Shown: positions 1-13,705, counted from the first letter of the stretch. The stretch: 64,000 nucleotides of DNA from Octopus sinensis (GCF_006345805.1 NC_043009.1:2356001-2420000), one strand, 5' to 3'. The notes: generated from the sequence alone by a model not told the origin. Numbers and translations are program-made.

Positions 1-734
1 TTATTATTATTATATACAACTTGGACGGAATTAGTTAGACTGCATGATATATGCATTTTTTCAACAAAGCTTCGTTGATACCTTGTCAAAAGCGTTTGCT
101 TAGCACCTGAGGATTTTTATGTAAGAAACCCCAGCGACACCTCATTTTGTAGTGTTCGTCAGTAAAACGTCAGGTTAGCATATTTTAAGCATTTTCAGGA
201 GATCACAAACAGAAAAAAAAAACAAGAAAGTTCCCTAACATTATCACACGTCCAAATTTTTCTGTCTTTTTTTTTCAAAGTATATATTCTTCAGTTTAGC
301 TGAAATAAGCTATTCGAAAATAACCTACACCACCACTGTCACAACCAACACACCACCATCATTATCACACCCACCCAATTACAACTGGCATCACCACCAG
401 CCCCACTATCACCAAAACCACCACCACCACCACCTCCTCCTCCTCTCATCCTCCTCATTTAAGCTTTGGCCCTTCACTTAGCTGCATTCCCATCTGTCCC
501 TTTTTCTGTTTCCGCCACCATCAATAGCATACACTTAATGTTGAGTATTTTTGGCTGTTTCTATGTATGCGCATATATGTGTATGTATCTATTATATATG
601 TGAAAGTCTGTATACGCATACATATATGTATTTATATACGCATGTCATGCTTGCCAGTATATATCTACTACGCCTATTTTCACAAATTTTATTATTTACC
701 AGCGTCAGCAACCACCATGATATATCGTCGCCAG

Positions 735-840
735 CAATTGACTGTTATTTCACCGACTCCGGTAGGATGAAAAGCAAAGCTGACCTTTTCGGGATTTGAG
801 CCCAACATGTAGAGATTCGGAGAAAATGTGGCGAAGCAGT
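735..840 (-). mobile_element. Degenerate SINE family B fragment
   Basis: ccgactccggtaggatgaaaagcaaagctgacc...gggatttgagc resembles the cgaccccgaaaggatgaaaggcaaagtcgacc...gaatttgaactc block of the copy at 9110-9160. Confidence 0.5.
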
Positions 841-1059
841 TTTATTAAAATCCACGACATATAACCATATGCACATATAAAATACATGTCCATCATGTAT
901 CTCTATCTTTCTCTCTGTATATATATATATAAATATACATACATACATACATATATAAATATATACGTATATATATACTTTATTTAAAGCAGCAGAAAAT
1001 TCAACAAAACTAGTTACTCTGAGTTTCCCGTTGCCGTTCATCGGACAGTTTTACTCCGG

Positions 1060-1111
<52 letters not shown>

Positions 1112-1135
1112 GAAAAAAGGTTTGAAAATGCAATT

Positions 1136-1196
<61 letters not shown>

Positions 1197-1251
1197 TTAA
1201 ATATATACATATATAAATATACATATATAAATATATAAATATATATATATG

Positions 1252-1293
<42 letters not shown>

Positions 1294-1332
1294 TAAATGA
1301 CTATATATATATATATAGATATAAATATATAT

Positions 1333-1386
<54 letters not shown>

Positions 1387-1578
1387 GTATGATATGTGAT
1401 TTTATACAGGGATTAAAGAAACAGAGACAAGAAGTCAAGTTTGTTTCATGCTGGGACGTTCCAGTATACGCATGGCTTTGCACTCACAACAGGTTCTTTC
1501 CTTAGGTTCTAGTTTTCTGCTGTCTTATATAAAATCGGCATAGAAATAGCAAAGTTTAATTCTTTGTAAATGCAACAG

Positions 1579-1653
1579 GCTTGTCATTTACAATTTGGTT
1601 TTCCAAAACACCCAGTGGCATTACACAGTAAATGTTATCGCTTCACTGAGTTC
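1579..1653 (+). CDS. Candidate internal exon (ACHLQFGFPKHPVALHSKCYRFTEF), product unknown
   Basis: Acceptor tctttgtaaatgcaacag, donor GTAAGT, 75 nt open in phase 0-0, in non-repetitive sequence; no homology recognised. Confidence 0.35.
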
Positions 1654-1866
1654 GTAAGTTTTATTTTTAGAAAGGAAGTACCGGGGTAAATAACGATGGA
1701 TGCATTCATCCGTGCACATATTGTATAGCAGAATATCATAGAAAGAGAGCATTGTAAACATACAATGCTTTGACAAAGTCTTTCTTCCGGTCTGGAGATA
1801 ATGTATATGCATATATATATATATATTATATATATATATACAATATGTTACATTACTCGGTAGTCA

Positions 1867-1929
1867 AGATAAAACTCTGAGTTTCAGATGCCGAAGTAGA
1901 AATCCACAACACCATCTCTTCGGTTATCT
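1867..1929 (-). ncRNA. Minimal type I hammerhead ribozyme motif (family H2)
   Basis: Helix I AGAUAA/UUAUCU, core CCGAAGA, helix II GAUG/CAUC, GAAA, near-palindromic helix III ACUC-A-GAGU, triplet GUU; extra U before GAAA. Confidence 0.6.
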
Positions 1930-2171
1930 GGCTATTTGAAAACGTTATGAAAAAATACCGTTAAATAAAGGGAAATTACTCTGTTATAACTCTGCTTGCC
2001 TGCGTACTTATACTTCGCTCGCATTTTTCGTCATAAAAATTATATAAAAATACATAAAAATATATAAAAAATATATAAAAATATATAAATTCTTCTTGGG
2101 ACATAACATAGAAAGCATGTTCTATCTGAATTCTTTAGGGGACCAAAAACGTAACACAAACTTAGTCACAT

Positions 2172-2793
2172 GTGGGCATGATCCGAAAAGCTCTGCCCTT
2201 GTATTTTAAATTGTATCAAGTAGATGATGATGCCAAAAAAACTCCTTTACTCACAATTACCTGGAGAAATAACATGTGGCACATGCGGAACTGTAGGGCT
2301 GAATCACTTGCAAGAGTTTACAGGGACCCCACAAGCCAAGCAGAACATTACTACTTACGGCTCCTTTTGCATGAAGTACGCGGTCCCAAACGATTCAAAG
2401 ATTCGAGGAGAGTAAATGCTCGCGTGTATTAAACTTGTAGGGAAGCATGCTAGCAACATGTTTCTTTTTAGAAAATGATGAGCATTGTTACTTTGAAATA
2501 TCGTGAGGACTTGGCTGAAGACTTAAATTATGCAGTTTAAACATGCAAAGCCAGATATCAATATTCAGTTCTCTGAAACAATCTTTTATGAAGCACTGAT
2601 TGAAAGTGAGGATCAAGTTTTGGCTATGGGAGGCAAACATTTGCAAAACTCTGGCTCTGGACTGCCAAAAACAAACAGTGAAATTAGTGATTTATCTACA
2701 AGATTCATAGTAAGAGAGGCAAATTATAACATCACACACTTGGCTGCATATATAAATGAACATGAACCTAAACTTCTTTCAGAACAATGCTGT
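2172..2793 (+). mobile_element. Helitron RepHel fragment (region between Rep and PIF1 helicase), frameshifted
   Basis: Translations EHYYLRLLLHEVRGP.RFKD.R.V, CREAC...LENDE and EALIESEDQVLAMGGK.L...GLP...Y....L...INEHEPKLLSEQ match the conserved Helitron pre-helicase region. Confidence 0.75.
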
Positions 2794-2854
2794 GCACAGG
2801 ATAAGAATTTTTGTTTATTATTATTATTATTATTATTATATTATTATTATTATT

Positions 2855-3404
2855 GAGTGAGAGAGCAGTTCATGCCATCAAAGTGACACTGGGGTAAAAT
2901 ATACGAAGCCCAATATACCCATCATGACTACCCGTCTGATAAAGGTACACCAGGCACATGCATCACAACCATATGTGCGCGACATGGTGATCTCATATCA
3001 AGATAAACAGCACATGACCTTGCAGGTTAGAATTTTCTGCAGGTTGAGTAGCCCATCCCGCTCAAACAGTCCCTGAATAAGGGTTGTTTAAGGATGTTGA
3101 AAGAACCACCCATGTTTCCAGAGGTGAACTATTCAAACCCCAAAGAATCCCTCTCAACACATGACTATGATGCTCCCCCACTACTTCTGCTCGTGATCAG
3201 AGATGCACATATCGTCAGCCACTAAGGGACATGCTCAACTGGTTAAGGTCAAACAACTGACAAGCAACTCTGTGGTATTGAGCAGAATATTTGCTGTAGC
3301 CCATCTTTTTGAACAGAATATTTGCTGTAGCCCATCTTTTTTGAGCAGAATATTTGCTGTAGCCCATCTTTTTGAGCAGAATATTTGCTGTAGCCCATCT
3401 TTTT
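2855..3404 (-). mobile_element. Non-coding (TAA)n-associated retroelement, copy 1
   Basis: About 550 bp flanked by (TTA)n on both sides; homologous to 49062-49519 and 48595-48871; ends ...ctgctctctcactc(aat)n on the minus strand. Confidence 0.75.
3280..3404. repeat. 4 x 31-32 bp tandem repeat GAGCAGAATATTTGCTGTAGCCCATCTTTTT
   Basis: Units at 3280-3310, 3311-3342, 3343-3373 and 3374-3404. Confidence 0.95.
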
Positions 3405-3420
3405 ATTATTATTATTATTA

Positions 3421-3482
<62 letters not shown>

Positions 3483-3538
3483 GTTATTATTATTATTATT
3501 ATTAATATTATTATTATTATTGTTATTATTATTATTAT

Positions 3539-3732
3539 CACGCGCTTTCACTTCATTACCGAGCGCAGCTTTGTGTGCCTTGGGTACGTGCTGTAGGTTG
3601 TTCTAATGCTTTTAAAGTTACTGTACTGAAAATGTTTTGCGTAGGATGTGTGTGGTCCCAAGTAGTGCTATTTTCTATGTTTTATATATTTGTTAGTCCT
3701 GGTGTTTTTGTTATGTATTTGTCTGAATATTT
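3539..3732 (-). mobile_element. R4/Dong-like LINE 3' end (subfamily 1)
   Basis: Reverse complement matches 18940-19130 (C-terminal ..KYITKTPGLTNIY.I.KIALLGT.HILR and 3' UTR cccaaggcacacaaagctgcgctcggtaatgaagtgaaagcgcg); (TAA)n tail at 3404-3538. Confidence 0.8.
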
Positions 3733-3862
3733 ATTTTAATAGGTAAAGTCCAAAATTTAATCTATTGGTATCTACTTCTATAACCAAATTTGTCGCGTAA
3801 AACACATATTTATATACACATATTTATATATATTCATATATACACGCTTTCATCTATCCATT

Positions 3863-3914
<52 letters not shown>

Positions 3915-4275
3915 AACGCACACGTACACCTGAATATTCACATACACAACTTTATATATATATAATACAATTGCATATACCCATGTATATATATTAATGG
4001 TAAAACAGTTTATATATTAATTCAATTATATATAAAAGAATTTATAATATTAATCCAAATTACAATTTATTAAAGTTACAGTTTAAAGTAAATACAGGGG
4101 CGATAACTGTTTTTCCATTTATAGTAACGAAACGAAAAAAGAAGCCTGCTCGATACGTAAAAACAATTCAAATACTTCCATACACAAAAATTAATGCAAT
4201 ACAAAGGAAATGTCCCAGATACGAACAAACGAGCCAAAAATAACAAATTAAACATGATAAATACGCTATATTTCC

Positions 4276-4306
<31 letters not shown>

Positions 4307-4499
4307 TATGTACCCACATATATATACACATATACACATATATACATACATATAAACATACACACACACACACATATGTATATATATACATACATTTATA
4401 TATATACAGCTCTCTCTCGCTCTCTCTCTCTCTCTATATATATTATATATATATATATATATATATTATTTATAGAGAGAGAGAGAGAGAGAGAGAGAC

Positions 4500-5162
4500 A
4501 CCAACACTCGAAAACCAAATAGGTACATATATTCATATATTCTTCCACGTTTACAAAACGGATGTATAAATTCCAGATATAAAGATATAACTATATATAT
4601 ATATATATAGATATAAGTCGGAGTTATACACTAAGCATAGTGAATTTACATCTTACAAGTTATAAAATATTGGTATAATTAAGAATTTGAGATGATGAAA
4701 CATTAAAAGGACCTATTAAAAACCTCCGAAAATTAACAGAAAAAGTTTAAAATTTAGTGTTCCATCTACAGGCCGTTTCAGAGACGTGCCAAGTAATATG
4801 ATATATTTCATATTATCAAAGCTGACACTCCCCTCATCGGGATATATTTTGCACACACTATACATAAACAAATACAAAAATACTAATAAACAATTACACA
4901 CCATGCATTTGTAATCCTTCATTTTTGTGATATTCCACGACTGATTTTAACACGTCCTTTTATGTTTCATCATCTCAAATCTTTAATTATACCAATATTT
5001 TATAACTTTTAAAATGTAAAGTTCCCTGTGTTTTGTATATTTCACCGACTTATATCTATTTATACATATTTTGATATCTTTATATCTGGAATTTATACAT
5101 CCGTTTTGAAAATGTGGAAGAATGTATGAATATATGTATCGATTTGGTCTTCGACTGTTGAT
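4500..5162. repeat. Long fold-back inverted repeat (arms about 4500-4722 and 4942-5162)
   Basis: e.g. caaaacggatgtataaattccagatataaagata vs tatctttatatctggaatttatacatccgttttg; gatgatgaaacattaaaagg vs ccttttatgtttcatcatc. Confidence 0.9.
4763..4844 (-). ncRNA. Type I hammerhead ribozyme motif (family H1) in the fold-back spacer
   Basis: Helix I UAUC/GAUG, core CCGAUGA, long helix II GGGGA-GUGUCA/UGGCAC-G-UCUCU, GAAA, helix III ACGGCCUGU, triplet GUA (predicted cut between 4767 and 4766). Confidence 0.6.
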
Positions 5163-5229
5163 CTCATTTACGTTCCTCTAGTTTCCGTTTGCATTGCCTC
5201 CGTTTAAATTAAGAAGTGATATATATATA

Positions 5230-5278
<49 letters not shown>

Positions 5279-5435
5279 GTATACGTATATATACATATTT
5301 TATGCATATGTCTATGGTTGTGTTATGTAGGTAGATATATACATATAGAGAGACGTATGTGTATGTAGTTTTATATAACTACATATATATAAACATATAT
5401 ATATTATATATATATATATGTTCATATATATATAT

Positions 5436-5477
<42 letters not shown>

Positions 5478-5730
5478 CACATATATATACTTATTGGATA
5501 TAAATATATATACGTACTACACATACATATCCATAAACATATATATACACATACATACGTTGATGAAAATTGCCTAGCAGAATGAAAAGTACTCAACATG
5601 TTTCGTATTGTTTCGTATTGTTTAGAATCGTTGAAATCCTTACCTATGTACAAATGCAGTGCATCTATATATAAGCACGTACACACACCGATATACGGAC
5701 ATACATATATACATACACACACACAGACGC

Positions 5731-6064
5731 CCAGTACTTATTCTATCAGGCTGTTTTGCCGAACCGCTAAGTGGCGGGGACGTAATCACCAGCATCGGTT
5801 GTCAAGCAATGCTAGGGGGACAAATAGAGACACACAAACACACACACACATACATACATATATATATATATTATATATATATAATATTATATTATACAGT
5901 TTATACGACAGACTTCTTTCAGTTTCCGTCTACCAAATCCACTCACAAGGTATTGGTTGGCCCGGGGCTATAGTAGAAGACATTTGCCCAAGATGCCACG
6001 CAGTGGGACTGAACCCGGAACCATGTGGCTGGTTAGCAAGCTACTTACCACACAGCCACTCCTA
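5731..6064 (-). mobile_element. tRNA-derived SINE family A
   Basis: Head taggagtggctgtgtggtaagtagcttgct...ggttccgggttcagtccc, core gtgagtggatttggtagacggaaactgaaagaag, 3' part cttagcggttcggcaaaa...gatagaataagtact. Confidence 0.85.
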
Positions 6065-6722
6065 TATATTTATATATACATGCCTTGGTCTATAGTTGTG
6101 TGTTGAGTACTTTCTATTTACTTATCAACACTTCTCCTTGTCTAACACTTAGTCACGCTTCAAGCTTGTGAAATTTATTAGGAATTTTACTGCAATCTGT
6201 TCAAAATGATGTCACTTGAAACATCAAACTCCTTGCACTTCAATGAAACCTAGACTTGAAACCGACTCATTCCACAAGCCCGTCCCACAATTGTACATCA
6301 TCCAAATATGACCGATAGGTACATCTGAAATGAATGGCATTACTCACGTATTTTCGTTTGCATTGAACTTTTTGTTATTCTTTATCCGTTATTACTATTT
6401 TCTTTTTCTTCTTCATTTTTATAAGGTCTCGTTGCTTATATATAAGAGGTACCGAATGTTTTTTTTTCTCCTTTGAGCAATAAGCAGGAGAATATATGAG
6501 CAGTGTCAAGCAGGTACATTGAAAGAATTTGTTTCTAGAATAAATAATTAACAAAAAGGCATGATCACAATGAAGATGATGATGATAATGAATATATTGA
6601 TGATGAATTAATAATAATAATAATAATAATAGAGAGTAAACAAATATAAAGCAGTAAATGGAAGTGAAGACGGAGTGACAGATCTGCAATGTGTAATTCA
6701 TATAGACAGAGACACATGCATA

Positions 6723-6764
<42 letters not shown>

Positions 6765-6790
6765 CATGCACATATATACACTATATATAT

Positions 6791-6847
<57 letters not shown>

Positions 6848-7135
6848 GCATATATGCATGCATGTATACATACATGTCTATGTATATGTGTGTGGGTAGT
6901 GAAAGTGTGAGAGAGAGAAAGTGTGTGTGTGTGTGTTTGTGTAAGGAGAGAAGAAAAGAGAGAACGTAAACGATGAGGAACGACTAGAAACGGAAAATGA
7001 TGATTGAAAAAGTGAGCGTAGTTTGAACGTGGCTTAGGAGAAACCTTGAGGAATATGATATAAAGACACATTAATACACGCGTCCGAGTCAGTGTCGTTA
7101 CGTATATGTGTTGTGTGTGTGTGTGTGTGAGTGTC

Positions 7136-7178
<43 letters not shown>

Positions 7179-7805
7179 CTACATTATAATAAATATATGT
7201 ATGCATTTGTGTGTGTGTGTGTATATTATGTGTGCGTATGTATGTTTATATATGGAGTGAGATAGAGGTATAGATAGCTAGAAAGATAGTGTGACAGGGA
7301 GGATGACATGAGATAGGAAGGAGAGCGTAAAATCATAAAGAGGAATGTGCGAGAAAATTGAATGTAAATGTAAATGCCGAGAGATACCGATATAGACAAA
7401 GAAATAAAATAAAATAAAATAAAGATCTGAAGAAGAGATGTGAAGAATGTATGTGAGGGTCGGGAACTACAGTGAAGTGTGGAGCAAAGGAAAGTGAAAT
7501 ATAGATATATGTATATACAGAAAATGGTAGAGGAAGAAATATATAAAGTTTGGGAGCGTGAGATTGGAAAAGGGTGATATTAAAATAGATGGGTAAATAT
7601 ATAGGAAGTTACGTAGTAATGATAGAAACGTACTATTCGTTGATGGAAAGCCTGAGAAACGGAAAATCTTTCATGATAGAGACAGCTGCTTGATAAGAAC
7701 TATTATCCTCGGGCTAATGTATTTCTATTTCATATTTTTTTTCTTTCGTTTCGTTTTGTTTATGTGTGCTATTATGTTTATTTATATGCTTTTTTTCGTT
7801 TTCAG

Positions 7806-7830
7806 ATGAATGAATATTTAGATTCTAAAA
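7806..7830 (+). CDS. Candidate micro-exon (MNEYLDSK)
   Basis: Very strong acceptor ttttttttcgttttcag, donor GTAAAT; only one frame open; phase 0-1. Confidence 0.2.
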
Positions 7831-8476
7831 GTAAATGATCTATGCATTTGCACTTGCTACAAGCTGTTAATTAAACTACGTGTTCAACGATACGGGGTCA
7901 AGTATATTTAGTTTCTGATGCGATGATGCCCTGGGAATGGCTAAGAACAACATATAAGTGCATAAAAGCAGAACAAAAATATAGGCTAGAAGCCAGAACT
8001 CGTAAAGAAATATATAAAACCCAAATAACATTTAGAAGAATTGAGTTGCAAAAGAAATATTTAAATGGATATCAGCAAATGATTAAACGACTGCTAAATA
8101 GTCTACTGTAAATTAACAGAGCTCTTTTGGATTAGAGCGTTTTACATTTTGTTTTTTCCTTCTTGTGGGAGATAAGAAGGGATGCTGTGACTCTGTGAGA
8201 AACTTAACGCAATTCAAGACTTCAGATTTTCGTTTCGCGATGTCAGTTTCTTCATGATGCGTAACACCAGTAATTAGCAGAGCATAAATTACAGCGTACC
8301 AAGAATTAAGCATTGAAATTTGAGGAAGGAATTGGAATATTTTACTGAGATATTAAAAAACGAATTATTGAAAGCACAATTGAAAGTAAATGGACGAAAG
8401 TTGTGTATACACATGAGACTCTCTCAACGAATGTATGTATGTATCTAGCTATCCCTGCGTGAATACATACATACAT

Positions 8477-8587
<111 letters not shown>

Positions 8588-8622
8588 TATACATAAATGT
8601 ATATATATATGTATGTATTATA

Positions 8623-8997
8623 TTTTGTGTAATCCCATAAATAATTTGTATTTTTATACTTTTATCTTTCATAATTAAGATAAACAAATTTCTTTTTAAG
8701 TATAAAATAGACTCTCCTTCATTTTCTACAATATTCTTCCATATATCTGGTAGACTTGCAAGTCTCCTCTTCCAAAATTCACTTGTCTGTGACGAAAAAT
8801 ACTCCTTCAGAACAGTTCTGACCTCGTCTAGAGAATTTATATTTTTACCGTCCAAATAAATGATTTTGAAGACTGCGGAATAAATGATAATCAGATGGGG
8901 CAATGTCCAGCGAATATGGTGGGTTGGGTATTGTTTCCCATTCAAACTTCTTCAGCCTTTGGAATGTTATCCTCGCTGTGTGTGGCCGAACATTATC
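8623..8997 (-). mobile_element. mariner (DD34D) transposase 3' fragment with decayed TIR
   Basis: [47 protein letters not shown], with 34 residues between D2 and D3; continues ..[33 protein letters not shown]. Confidence 0.9.
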
Positions 8998-9230
8998 CTA
9001 TTTCTGTATTGCCCACAAGGGGCTAAACATAGAGGGGACAAACAAGGACCGACACGGGTATTAAATCGATTAGATCCACCCCAGTGCGTAACTGGTACTT
9101 AATTTATCGACCCCGAAAGGATGAAAGGCAAAGTCGACCTCGGCGGAATTTGAACTCAGAACATAACGGCAGACGAAATACCTCTAAGAATTTCGCCCGG
9201 TGTGCTAACGATTCTGCCAGCTCGCCGCCT
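8998..9230 (-). mobile_element. tRNA-derived SINE family B
   Basis: ggcggcgagctggcagaatcgttagcacaccgggcgaaat...gagttcaaattccgccgaggtcgactttgcctttcatcctttcggggtcgataaattaagtaccag. Confidence 0.85.
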
Positions 9231-9306
9231 GTGTGATCTTGTGTGCGCGCATCTTTGTGTGAGTTTCTGTGACTGCCTAAAATGTGTGAATGCATTTTTG
9301 TCACAC

Positions 9307-9333
9307 ATCTATCTATCTATCTATCTATCTACA

Positions 9334-9427
<94 letters not shown>

Positions 9428-9457
9428 ACCAGCTGCCTGCCTATCTATCTATCTGTC

Positions 9458-9539
<82 letters not shown>

Positions 9540-9613
9540 CATCTATGTGTCTGTCTATGTGTATGTCTGTCTGTCTGTCTATCTACCTATCTATCTCTCT
9601 ATCTAGCTGTGTC

Positions 9614-9648
<35 letters not shown>
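9307..9648. repeat. (ATCT)n microsatellite
   Basis: Direct reading. Confidence 0.95.
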
Positions 9649-9650
<2 letters not shown>

Positions 9651-10203
9651 TTATACGTTCATGTGTGTGTAGATACGTGTGTGTGAATAAGTGGGTGGAG
9701 ATACGAGATGTGGAATGGGTCGATTTCAAGTCTATTTTTTTCTGTCGGAGGGAGAGAAATGGACACACACAAATAGGGTGTTAACACAATAATAAATTTA
9801 CTCAGTCTTTCCTATATGATCCCTCTCGCATGTATATGCAGAGCAGAATGTCAACGAGAGGTTAAATAATTTTAAATATATAAAATCGGATGCTGGATTC
9901 AATTACAATGTTTACACACAATTGTTATACTCTTGACAGGCGGAAAAAAAAAGAGAAAGGAAATATCTTGATAGGTTCTTCACTCATCGCAGTCCCCTCA
10001 TCAGAGAAGACGTACATGTCTTACAAGCGGCAGCACATTACTGTTTAATTGGGAAGATATGCAGGGAGGTTTTCCACAACGAGAAATCAACAAACCGTGA
10101 AAAGTCAAAGAAATAGTCTCATTGATTCTTATTTTTGCACACGAATATTAAAGAATGGGTTTACGTTGTTATTTAATCTATAGTCAGATTTAATATTCTT
10201 TTA

Positions 10204-10580
10204 TTCTTTTATATGCTTCAGTCATTAGACTGCACCCATGCAGAATATTTAGTCGAAAACATCGATCCCAGTACTTTTGTAAAGCCTGGTACTTATTCTA
10301 TCGGGTCTTTAGCTGAACCGCTATTTTACAGGGACATAAAAAAACCATCACCGATTTTCATATGATGGTGGAATATTAACACAGATACAAAAACTCGCCC
10401 TCCCCGCCTAGATGTATACGGGTATCATTCAGTTTCTGTCTACCAAATCCACTCACAAGGCTTTGGTAAACCCGAAGCTTTAGCAGAAGACACTTGCCCA
10501 TGGTGCCATCAACGGCAGAGAAACAGGAGTCATGTGGTTGGGGAGCAAGCCACTTGCCGGCAAAAAGACATACCTATGGA
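10204..10580 (-). mobile_element. SINE family A (diverged)
   Basis: Contains ctaccaaatccactcacaaggctttgg, gacacttgccca and cttattctatcgg blocks of family A. Confidence 0.75.
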
Positions 10581-11201
10581 AATTAGACAATCTAACACGA
10601 TTCTAGTTTGTGGTGTTTGTATTCAGGTGATCACTTAAGGAAGCCGGACACATTTTTATGAAGGACAATTGATACACCACCAAATGGTATCTCACGTAAT
10701 ACCATAATTTTCCCGGCGTCTTTTAAAAAGATTGTTTTTATGCATCTGTCATATAGACCAAGGCTTTACAACATTTAAATACATGTCCTTCTAGTTAAAA
10801 CTGTCTTGTATATAAAGAAACATATTTTAATTAAAGACGATCTGTCAAAAGCATAAACACGTAAATTAGATTAAACGGGAAGGTGATAGTCTGATTTGGG
10901 ACGCATTTAGAGGCATATTGAATAGGGGAGGGAAACGGATAGGTCTTCTCTGTGGATTTGTTAACAAATCATAACACCAGTTGTAAGTAGATTCCCATCC
11001 TCTTTCTTTCACTTACATATAATATGGAAACAATAAGATTACCATATCGTAATCTTATTTAATGTACAGTGAGATTTTGAGATATTTAAATGATTAAATT
11101 CTCATTTACGTTGTGCTTAGCAAACTCACGTTGTTGAATATGTCCATATGTATGTATTTATGTAGGTATGTATTATCTATCTATCTATTTATCTATCTAT
11201 A

Positions 11202-11332
<131 letters not shown>

Positions 11333-11376
11333 GTATCAAAATACATTGTTCTTTTTACTAGATTTTGCTAGATTTT

Positions 11377-11665
11377 TAGTTAGTTAGTTAGTTAATTTGG
11401 CTCAAAAGCAAATAGCAAGGCCATGTAGGGGGACATGGAGTTAAGTACAGGGTGGTGTTCATGTAAAGAGTTCAGGCCACTTGAGGTCCAGCGAGGCTTT
11501 GAACAAAGCGGTCGTCGGCATCTTCACCATCTCGTCTGGCAGCTTGTTCCACGGATCCGCAACCCGGACGGAGAAAACTCCTCTCCATCGATTGAGATGA
11601 AATCTTCGCAGGTAGAGCTTTTCGGAATGAACCCGCAGCCGACGCTCTGTGAATTCGTGTGTTGA
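11377..11665 (-). mobile_element. CR1/L2-type LINE 3' end
   Basis: RLRVHSEKL...R..FSVRVADPWNKLPDEMV......FKASLD..W is the canonical CR1 C-terminus; short 3' UTR and (TAAC)n tail. Confidence 0.85.
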
Positions 11666-11862
11666 AATAATTTTTTTGTGTTTAGAGAGAGTCATTACAC
11701 CAATATTTGTTAACACTTGCACTGGTTCAATTTCACTCCTTTATTATTGTTCTGTTAATCTGGTTAAACAGTAAGATATTTAACTAATTGACTAATAAAA
11801 GAGTGGAATTGAACCAGCGCTTCCGTTACTAGCGTTAACATAATGACTCTCCCTAGACACAG

Positions 11863-11912
<50 letters not shown>

Positions 11913-12028
11913 GGATAGAGAGACAGAGAGAGAGAGAGACATAGATGCATAGATATGTCAATATACACGCACTCATGCACACGTATATATATATTTGTGC
12001 GCGTATGTATATATATAGGAGAGAGAGA

Positions 12029-12068
<40 letters not shown>

Positions 12069-13362
12069 GAGGAACAGAATGAAAGGGAGAATTTATAGAA
12101 AAAAACAGAAAGAGACGAGTGAAGTAGTTTATGGTTGTGGGAAAAAAGAAGGTTACATAAAACGGCAGCAACATAAAAATCAACATGAAATAAAGTTAGA
12201 AAACTAAAAACAAATTCATACAACCCCCCACTCCACCCCACCCCAAATAAAAGCATAAATAGCAGAGGAGAGGAAAAAATTATGTCTGCAAAAACAAAAA
12301 AATTAAAAACCGAGGAAACAAAACAGTCAAGTGATACACCCACCTCAGGTCAAACGCGATTACTATATAAACACTCATTTTTTTCCTTATCTGGTTCTAT
12401 AGTTGTGTATATATGTGTGTATATGTCTATTCTCTGTTTTACTCCGCCTCTCCTCCAGGCATCAATATCCTACATTTATTGGCATCTCTGTCGTTTCAAT
12501 GTTAATTGTATGCACAGGTTTGTTTTTATTGTTGTTGTTGGAAGTCTGTGGTAAGTGGGCTGACATAAATTTATGTTTAGGCTCCACTGTTATAGCTTTT
12601 TCTTTTTCTGTTTGTTGAAATCATTTTTACCATGTTGCTCGGCTTCTGTTTTTTTTTTTTTTTTTTTCTTTTTTGTTCTCATTTCATGAGTAAATACAGT
12701 TTTATTTCAATGTTTTTGTGTGTAAGGGGAGAGACGTTGAGGATGAAAGTAGGCTTATCTGAGCCTTCGGTGTGGTGAGATCATAGAAACCCAAGGTGAA
12801 CAACAAGCAATTTATGTATGCAATGCGTATATGTTTGCATGCTTGAGCATGTATTTCGGTTTTTAGACGTGAGTTTACGCATTCTTCCTTTGCTCTGGAT
12901 GATTTCTTTTCTTTTGTATTTTGGGCGGTTTGGGGATAAAGTTTTCAAAATAAAAATAAAAAAAAAATTAATGAGCTAATAGAAGGGCATTCGTTGTTCT
13001 TTGGTTTGCATAAAAATATATAAGTATAAAGAAAACAGCAAATGATTGCTATCAGTCTGAATGTGTGAACGCATATTCGTGTATGTGTTTGTATATATTT
13101 TATCCAACATCTATCTATTTATCCATCTATCCATCTATGATACATGGTTTTAAATAAATACTTCATATATATATATATACATATGCGTGTGTATATATTT
13201 ATACATACATAATACACACACAATCATATACAGACATAGACACACACAAACACACGCATATATAAATTAAAATTATAATACTGAGTGTAGAAATTGATAT
13301 CACTCAACATCAATTTAAACCAGTGGTCTAGCATATTAAAAAAAATCCGAAGATTTAAAAAT

Positions 13363-13657
13363 TATACTACAATTAATAAGAGGAATGACCACTAAAGTGG
13401 ATAACTATACGCTAGAAATAGACATCAAATCGCCTTACCACAAAGAGTGCGTTCTCAAGAAAAAAACCAGCAAACGCCAACATGTAAATAATATGCAAGG
13501 CAAATGAAAATTTTCATTTGCCTTGCTTATGTTTTACATTTCGGTGTTTACTGTTTTTTTTTCTTGAGAACAAACTCTTTGTGGTAAGGCGATTTGACGT
13601 CTATTTCTAGCGAGTAGGAATCAACTTTAGTGGTCATTCCTCTTATCAATTGTAATA

Positions 13658-13658
<1 letters not shown>
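13363..13658. repeat. About 295-bp loopless palindrome centred at 13510/13511
   Basis: Perfect 32-bp core gcaaggcaaatgaaaa|ttttcatttgccttgc (13495-13526); arms roughly 85% complementary by eye. Confidence 0.95.

Positions 13659-13705
<47 letters not shown>

Noticed and set aside
3280-3404. 31-bp repeats as a CRISPR array
   Set aside because: The units are directly adjacent with no unique spacers, there are no cas genes, and the context is eukaryotic
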